From PVC group bacterium (GTDB lineage: Bacteria > Verrucomicrobiota > Kiritimatiellia > SS1-B-03-39 > PXDE01): 32,806 nt of DNA. Positions 29,001 to 32,806 of this stretch are shown here, piece after piece. Numbering within the stretch: the stretch's first letter is position 1; every line of letters begins with the position of its first letter. The notes beneath the pieces were generated by a model. That model was not told the origin of the DNA. It ran no database searches and saw only the letters and a list, made by a program, of their open reading frames with translations. The DNA lies in the NCBI GenBank assembly GCA_003566475.1, contig PXDE01000528.1, positions 1 through 32,806 of the forward strand, written 5' to 3'. Made by a program: the position numbers and the translations under genes.

Positions 29001-29206
29001 TCCTGCTGGACGCGGAGATCGTCTCTGTGCTAGCCTGCTCGGCTTTCCGCGCAAGATTGGAGAACCACCACGGGTTCGTGGCCATCACGGGCGGCGGGGC
29101 GCCCCCGGGCGGCCCGCTGGGGCCCGGGGACCGGGTGCGGGTGGCCTTCTCCCCGTACGACATGTCCACGGGCCGGATCGAGGACGTTTTGGAGAGAACA
29201 TCATGA
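28976..29206 (+). CDS. infA: Translation initiation factor IF-1 homologue, atypical (basic rRNA-binding loop replaced by a Gly/Pro-rich segment)
   Basis: 76 aa; this is the last part of spurious ORF 28058-29206. [17 protein letters not shown] and [19 protein letters not shown] align with canonical MFRVELENGH.V.AHISG and .GD.V.VE.SPYDL..GRI. The canonical KMRKNYIRIL-type segment is [10 protein letters not shown] here, and the C-terminal tail is acidic. It sits at the canonical map-infA-rpmJ position. Confidence 0.7.
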   Translation: MAAEKKEMILLDAEIVSVLACSAFRARLENHHGFVAITGGGAPPGGPLGPGDRVRVAFSPYDMSTGRIEDVLERTS

Positions 29207-29316
29207 AAGTACGCAGTTCGGTTCGACGCATGTGCGAACGATGCAAGATCATCCGCCGCAAGGGGGTGGTGCGGGTCATCTGCACCAATCCGCGGCACAA
29301 ACAGAGGCAGGGCTGA
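29203..29316 (+). CDS. rpmJ: 50S ribosomal protein L36 (zinc-ribbon type)
   Basis: Not in the ORF track because it is under 60 aa. The ATG at 29203 overlaps the infA stop (ATGA). Sequence is [37 protein letters not shown], with TGA at 29314-29316. Confidence 0.93.
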   Translation: MKVRSSVRRMCERCKIIRRKGVVRVICTNPRHKQRQG

Positions 29317-29320
29317 TCCT

Positions 29321-29716
29321 ATGCCACGAGTGCTTGGCATCAACATTCCCGGTCGCAAGCGCACGGTCATCGCGCTGCGCTACATCTACGGCATCGGCCC
29401 CGCGCTGGCCGAGCGGATCTGCGAGGAGGCCGGGCTCGACCCCGACAAGAAGGCCGACGATCTCACCGACGCCGAGATCACCGGGATCGCCCAGCTTCTT
29501 CAGCGCGACTACCGGACCGAGGGCGACCTTCGCCGCGAGGTCACCCAGAACATCCGCCGTCTGGTGGCCATCAACTGCTACCGGGGCTCCCGGCACCGCC
29601 GGGGCCTCCCCTGCCGCGGCCAGCGGACCAAGACCAACTCCCGCACCCGCAAGGGGCCGCGGCGCACCGTGGGCGCCGTGCGCGACAAGGCGGCCCGACA
29701 GGCCCTGAAGTCCTAA
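29321..29716 (+). CDS. rpsM: 30S ribosomal protein S13
   Basis: [26 protein letters not shown]...[18 protein letters not shown]. Confidence 0.96.
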   Translation: MPRVLGINIPGRKRTVIALRYIYGIGPALAERICEEAGLDPDKKADDLTDAEITGIAQLLQRDYRTEGDLRREVTQNIRRLVAINCYRGSRHRRGLPCRGQRTKTNSRTRKGPRRTVGAVRDKAARQALKS

Positions 29717-29735
29717 CCCCCAGCGAGATCCGGAC

Positions 29736-30341
29736 ATGGCAGACCAGGACAACCCCACCCCCGAAGAGACGACCGCCGAGGCGTCCACCGAGGCCACCGC
29801 CAAGGATGCGGCCAAGGACGTGGCCAAGCCCACCGCCAAGGCTGCGGCCAAGGCCGCACCCGCGGACACCGCCCCGGATGCGGACGAGGACGACGACGAG
29901 GCGGCGGAGGAATCCTCCCAGCCCACCGCCGCCGATCTGCTCGCCCCCGACGAGGCGGGCGACGATACGCCCCGACGCCGCATCAAGGGCAAGTTCATCC
30001 CCCGGGGGGTGGTGCACATCACCGCCACCTTCAACAACACCCAGGTCGCGGTGAGCGATCCCCAGGGCAACGTCATCTCCTGGAGCTCGGCCGGCCGGGC
30101 CGGATTCAAGGGCTCCCGCAAGAGCACCGCCTTTGCCGCCAGCAGCGTGGCCAGCCAGGCCGCCAAGGCCGCCCTCGCCTACGGCATGCAGGAGGTCGAG
30201 GTCCGGGTCCAGGGCCCGGGCGCCGGCCGCGAGTCCGCCATCCGGGCCGTTCAGGCCGCCGGGCTCAACGTCACCTCCATCCGGGACACCACCCCCGTCC
30301 CCCACAACGGATGCCGGCCGCGCAAGCGCCGCCGCGTCTGA
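29736..30341 (+). CDS. rpsK: 30S ribosomal protein S11 with a ~80-aa acidic/Ala-rich N-terminal extension
   Basis: The C-terminal ~120 aa are canonical ([41 protein letters not shown]...[13 protein letters not shown]). The N-terminal 80 aa are low complexity ([29 protein letters not shown]...[11 protein letters not shown]). No alternative ATG/GTG start lies closer to the core. Confidence 0.88.
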   Translation: MADQDNPTPEETTAEASTEATAKDAAKDVAKPTAKAAAKAAPADTAPDADEDDDEAAEESSQPTAADLLAPDEAGDDTPRRRIKGKFIPRGVVHITATFNNTQVAVSDPQGNVISWSSAGRAGFKGSRKSTAFAASSVASQAAKAALAYGMQEVEVRVQGPGAGRESAIRAVQAAGLNVTSIRDTTPVPHNGCRPRKRRRV

Positions 30342-30393
30342 TCCCCCCTTCCCCCCCCCACCTCTTCCGCGAGCACAGCCAGGGAGCGCGAAC

Positions 30394-31416
30394 ATGACCA
30401 CACGACTGGGCCGATTCGAAATGCCGAAGCGCATCGTCAAGGACGAGAGCGTCTCCACCGACACCTATGGGAAATACGTGGCCGAGCCCCTCGAGCAGGG
30501 ATACGGCCAGACCATCGGCAACTCCCTGCGGCGGGTGCTGCTGTCCTCCATCGAGGGCGCCTCCATCTCGGCCGTGCGCATCGAGGGCGCCCTCCACGAG
30601 TTCACCACCCTCCCCGGCGTGGTCGAGGACGTCACCGACATCATCCTCAACCTCAAGAAGGTGCTCCTCCGCTCCTACTCCCGGGAGCCCCGCTGGATCA
30701 AGCTCTCGGCCAAGGGGCCGGGCGCCGTCACCGCCGGCGACATTCAGACCGACCAGTCCATCGAGGTGATCAACCCCGACCACCACATCGCCACCCTCGA
30801 CCAGGACGGCAAGCTCCAGGCCGAGTTCGAGGTCCGCATCGGCCGGGGCTTCGTCCCCGCCGAGTTCAACAAGTCCGAGGACCATGAGATCGGGGTGATC
30901 CCCATCGACTGCCTCTACTCCCCGGTGCAGCGGGTGGCCTACTCGGTGGGCGAGACCCGGGTGGGGCGGCGCACCGACTACGACCAGCTCGGCCTCGAGA
31001 TCTGGACCGACGGCCGGGTCGGCCCCGACGACGCCCTCACCATGTCCAGCGCCATCCTCCGCCACCACCTCGACGTCTTCGTCAACTACGACCGCGACCT
31101 CGTCGAGTTCGAGGAGACCGAGAAGGCGGTCGACGAGGAGCGCGAGCGGCTCAAGACCGTGCTCGCCATGAGCGTCAACGAGATCGAGCTCAGCGTGCGG
31201 GCCGCCAACTGCCTCAACAACGCCAACATCACCACCGTGGGCGAGCTGGCCCAGAAGACCGAGGCCGAGATGCTCAAGTACCGCAACTTCGGCAAGAAGT
31301 CGCTCAACGAGATCAAGGACAAGCTCACCGACCTCGGCCTGCACCTGGGCATGGAGCTCGACCCCGAGCTCCTGGCCGCCGCCAAGCTGGCCGCCGCCGC
31401 CGAAGCCTCCGAATAG
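30394..31416 (+). CDS. rpoA: DNA-directed RNA polymerase subunit alpha
   Basis: 340 aa from ATG 30394 (AGGGAG 7 nt upstream). The upstream part of ORF 30133-31416 is Pro/Ala/Ser junk. Has PLEQGYGQTIGNSLRRVLLSSIEGASI and the CTD motif ELSVRAANCLNNANITTVGEL. Confidence 0.96.
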   Translation: MTTRLGRFEMPKRIVKDESVSTDTYGKYVAEPLEQGYGQTIGNSLRRVLLSSIEGASISAVRIEGALHEFTTLPGVVEDVTDIILNLKKVLLRSYSREPRWIKLSAKGPGAVTAGDIQTDQSIEVINPDHHIATLDQDGKLQAEFEVRIGRGFVPAEFNKSEDHEIGVIPIDCLYSPVQRVAYSVGETRVGRRTDYDQLGLEIWTDGRVGPDDALTMSSAILRHHLDVFVNYDRDLVEFEETEKAVDEERERLKTVLAMSVNEIELSVRAANCLNNANITTVGELAQKTEAEMLKYRNFGKKSLNEIKDKLTDLGLHLGMELDPELLAAAKLAAAAEASE

Positions 31417-31441
31417 GCCGTCTCCGGAAAGGATCCCCGCC

Positions 31442-31858
31442 ATGCGCCATCGCCACAAGACCATCAAGCTCGGGCGGACCACCGCCCACCGGGAGGCCAT
31501 GCTGGCCAGCCTGGTGTCCAGCCTCATCCTCCGGGACCGGGTGACCACCACCCTGGCCAAGGCCAAGGCCGCCCGCAGCATCGCCGAGAAGGCGGTCACC
31601 CTGGCCAAGAAGGCCGGGCAGACCGACGATGCGTCGGCCCGGCTCCATTACCGGCGGCTGGCCATCCGCCGCCTCCGCGACGAGAAGGCGGTTCGTCGGC
31701 TGTTCGAACAGGTCGGCCCCGCCGCCGCCGACCGGGCCGGCGGCTACACCCGCATCATCAAGCTCGGCAAGCGGATGAGCGACAGCTCCGAGATGGTCAT
31801 CCTCGAGTGGGTCGACGCCCCCGTCGCCGCCCCCGAGGCCGAAGCCGCCGCCACCTGA
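31442..31858 (+). CDS. rplQ: 50S ribosomal protein L17
   Basis: MRHRHKTIKLGRTTAHREAMLASLVSSLI...GGYTRIIKLGKR. Confidence 0.96.
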   Translation: MRHRHKTIKLGRTTAHREAMLASLVSSLILRDRVTTTLAKAKAARSIAEKAVTLAKKAGQTDDASARLHYRRLAIRRLRDEKAVRRLFEQVGPAAADRAGGYTRIIKLGKRMSDSSEMVILEWVDAPVAAPEAEAAAT

Positions 31859-31873
31859 CCGCCCCCTTCACCC

Positions 31874-31930
31874 GTCCAGACCTTGGACGAAACTGTCCAG
31901 ACCTTGGACGAAACCGTCCAGAGGTTGGAT
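31874..31930 (+). repeat. Tandem 21-bp repeat (GTCCAGACCTTGGACGAAACy x2 plus a partial unit), each unit a small hairpin, immediately after rplQ
   Basis: Units are at 31874-31894, 31895-31915 and 31916-31930 (degenerate). Each contains GTCCAG-ACC-TTGGAC. Confidence 0.85.
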
Positions 31931-32062
31931 ATGCTCCGGTGCCGCCACCTTCCGGCCGGGGGGCTGCGTTCCCCCAACCGTGTTCGCGGCCGCATCGCGG
32001 ACGGCGGCGATTCCGTCCGTCCGATCGGAGCCGGGGCGGCCCGAGGGGTCGCGTTCCCTTAG

Positions 32063-32119
32063 CCCAGCCCAACGGGCTGGGTCCATCGGGCAGAAAACAC
32101 ATCCGGCCTGAAGGGCCGG
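32063..32119. repeat. Hairpin motifs of the dispersed 'CCCAGCCC-AAC-GGGCTGGG' and 'CCGGCC-TGAAG-GGCCGG' type
   Basis: An 8-bp stem lies at 32063-32070 / 32074-32081 and a 6-bp stem at 32103-32108 / 32114-32119. The style resembles the hairpin at 4169-4188. Confidence 0.6.
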
Positions 32120-32236
32120 GTTACGGGCCGTCCCATGTCCTGCGACAGGCGCGAGATGGACGATGCGCGAAATCCGCCGGGAGGCCATCGCATGAGGCCC
32201 TGCTGCCCCCCCGGCCCCCATCCCGGCTGCTCATTC

Positions 32237-32256
32237 GGACTGACGATCGTCAGTCC
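32237..32256. terminator. Perfect 20-bp palindrome GGACTGACGATCGTCAGTCC in the convergent spacer (possible bidirectional terminator hairpin or operator)
   Basis: The sequence equals its own reverse complement. It lies 31 nt downstream of the stop of the minus-strand gene ending at 32287. There is no clear U-tract on either side. Confidence 0.3.
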
Positions 32257-32286
32257 AAATGAACATGGTCGCCGGGCAACCCCGGC

Positions 32287-32754
32287 CTACCGCTCCAGCC
32301 CGATCTCGATCACCATCACCCCGTATCCCTCGGGCACCCGGCGGAGGGTATGGGGGAACAGGCGGGCCAGCTCGGCGGGCATGGGCGCCTCGGCGTCGGG
32401 GGCGGGCATCGCCGGCACCTCGACCTGCATGATCTGGGCCGCGTCGCGGAAGTCGATCCTCGTTCCCCTCACCCCCACCGTCAGCCGCAGGGCCGCCCGG
32501 GGCAGACCGTCGAACGGCACCACCATGACCTGCCCGGGCCGCAGCGTCTGGGGAAAGGCCTCCCGGCCCCGCACCGTGAACACCGGCTCCTCGGCCTCCC
32601 GCACCCGGTACTGCGCGGGATCCAGCGGCGCCCGCCCGTCCGCCGGCACCCCGTTGAACCGCCCCACCTCCCAGACCGCGTCCGGCCCCCCGCCCGGAGC
32701 CGCCGAGGCCACGGCCCACGCCAGAACCGCCGCCGCCATGGCCTGTCCCTTCAT
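32287..32754 (-). CDS. Hypothetical secreted protein (N-terminal signal-peptide-like sequence)
   Basis: 155 aa starting MKGQAMAAAVLAWAVASAA, then a non-repetitive, mixed-composition sequence. GGAGG lies ~10 nt upstream of the ATG. The overlapping ORF 32231-32719 is Gly/Arg/Ala junk. No family was recognised. Confidence 0.5.
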   Translation of the reverse strand: MKGQAMAAAVLAWAVASAAPGGGPDAVWEVGRFNGVPADGRAPLDPAQYRVREAEEPVFTVRGREAFPQTLRPGQVMVVPFDGLPRAALRLTVGVRGTRIDFRDAAQIMQVEVPAMPAPDAEAPMPAELARLFPHTLRRVPEGYGVMVIEIGLER

Positions 32755-32806
32755 GCCGATCCGCCTCCCGACGCCTCCGCGTCTCTGCTCAAAAGAAAAA
32801 ACCGTA

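Overview
GC-rich bacterial chromosomal window. The gene content and dispersed-motif style look like the PVC superphylum (Verrucomicrobiota, Kiritimatiellota or Planctomycetota), but that placement is inference only. The window has three parts. (1) 1-6100: the distal part of an rnf operon (rnfD 3' end, rnfG, rnfE, rnfA), a small Cys-rich membrane protein, a plant-type ferredoxin-NADP reductase and a CxPxR sulfatase. These are separated by unusually long, repeat-filled spacers. (2) 6100-13600: an IS200/REP-associated HUH-Y1 transposase (RAYT-like) flanked on both sides by tandem dimers of a 145-149 bp three-hairpin repeat. Next come a minus-strand peptide-type ABC importer, made of a DppC/OppC-like permease and a 1211-aa protein fusing a family-5 substrate-binding domain to a DppB-like permease, with no ATPase genes. 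A divergent 2-hydroxyacid dehydrogenase follows. (3) 13880-31860: the str/S10/spc/alpha ribosomal superoperon, in order rpsL, rpsG, fusA, rpsJ, rplC, rplD, rplW, rplB, rpsS, [orphan gene], rplV, rpsC, rplP, rpmC, rpsQ, rplN, rplX, rplE, rpsN, rpsH, rplF, rplR, rpsE, rplO, secY, adk, map, infA, rpmJ, rpsM, rpsK, rpoA, rplQ. It is followed by a repeat-rich convergent spacer and a small secreted hypothetical gene. The most notable observations are: a 187-aa membrane/coiled-coil orphan gene wedged between rpsS and rplV; the RAYT with its structured repeats and dispersed copies; the SBP-TM-permease fusion; an infA whose rRNA-binding basic loop is replaced by a Gly/Pro stretch; and 7-nt microsatellites bordering most of the repeat blocks, one of them inside the 5' coding end of the DppC-like gene. 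No tRNA, rRNA or CRISPR array was seen. Many long ORFs in the track are GC-driven antisense or out-of-frame artefacts.
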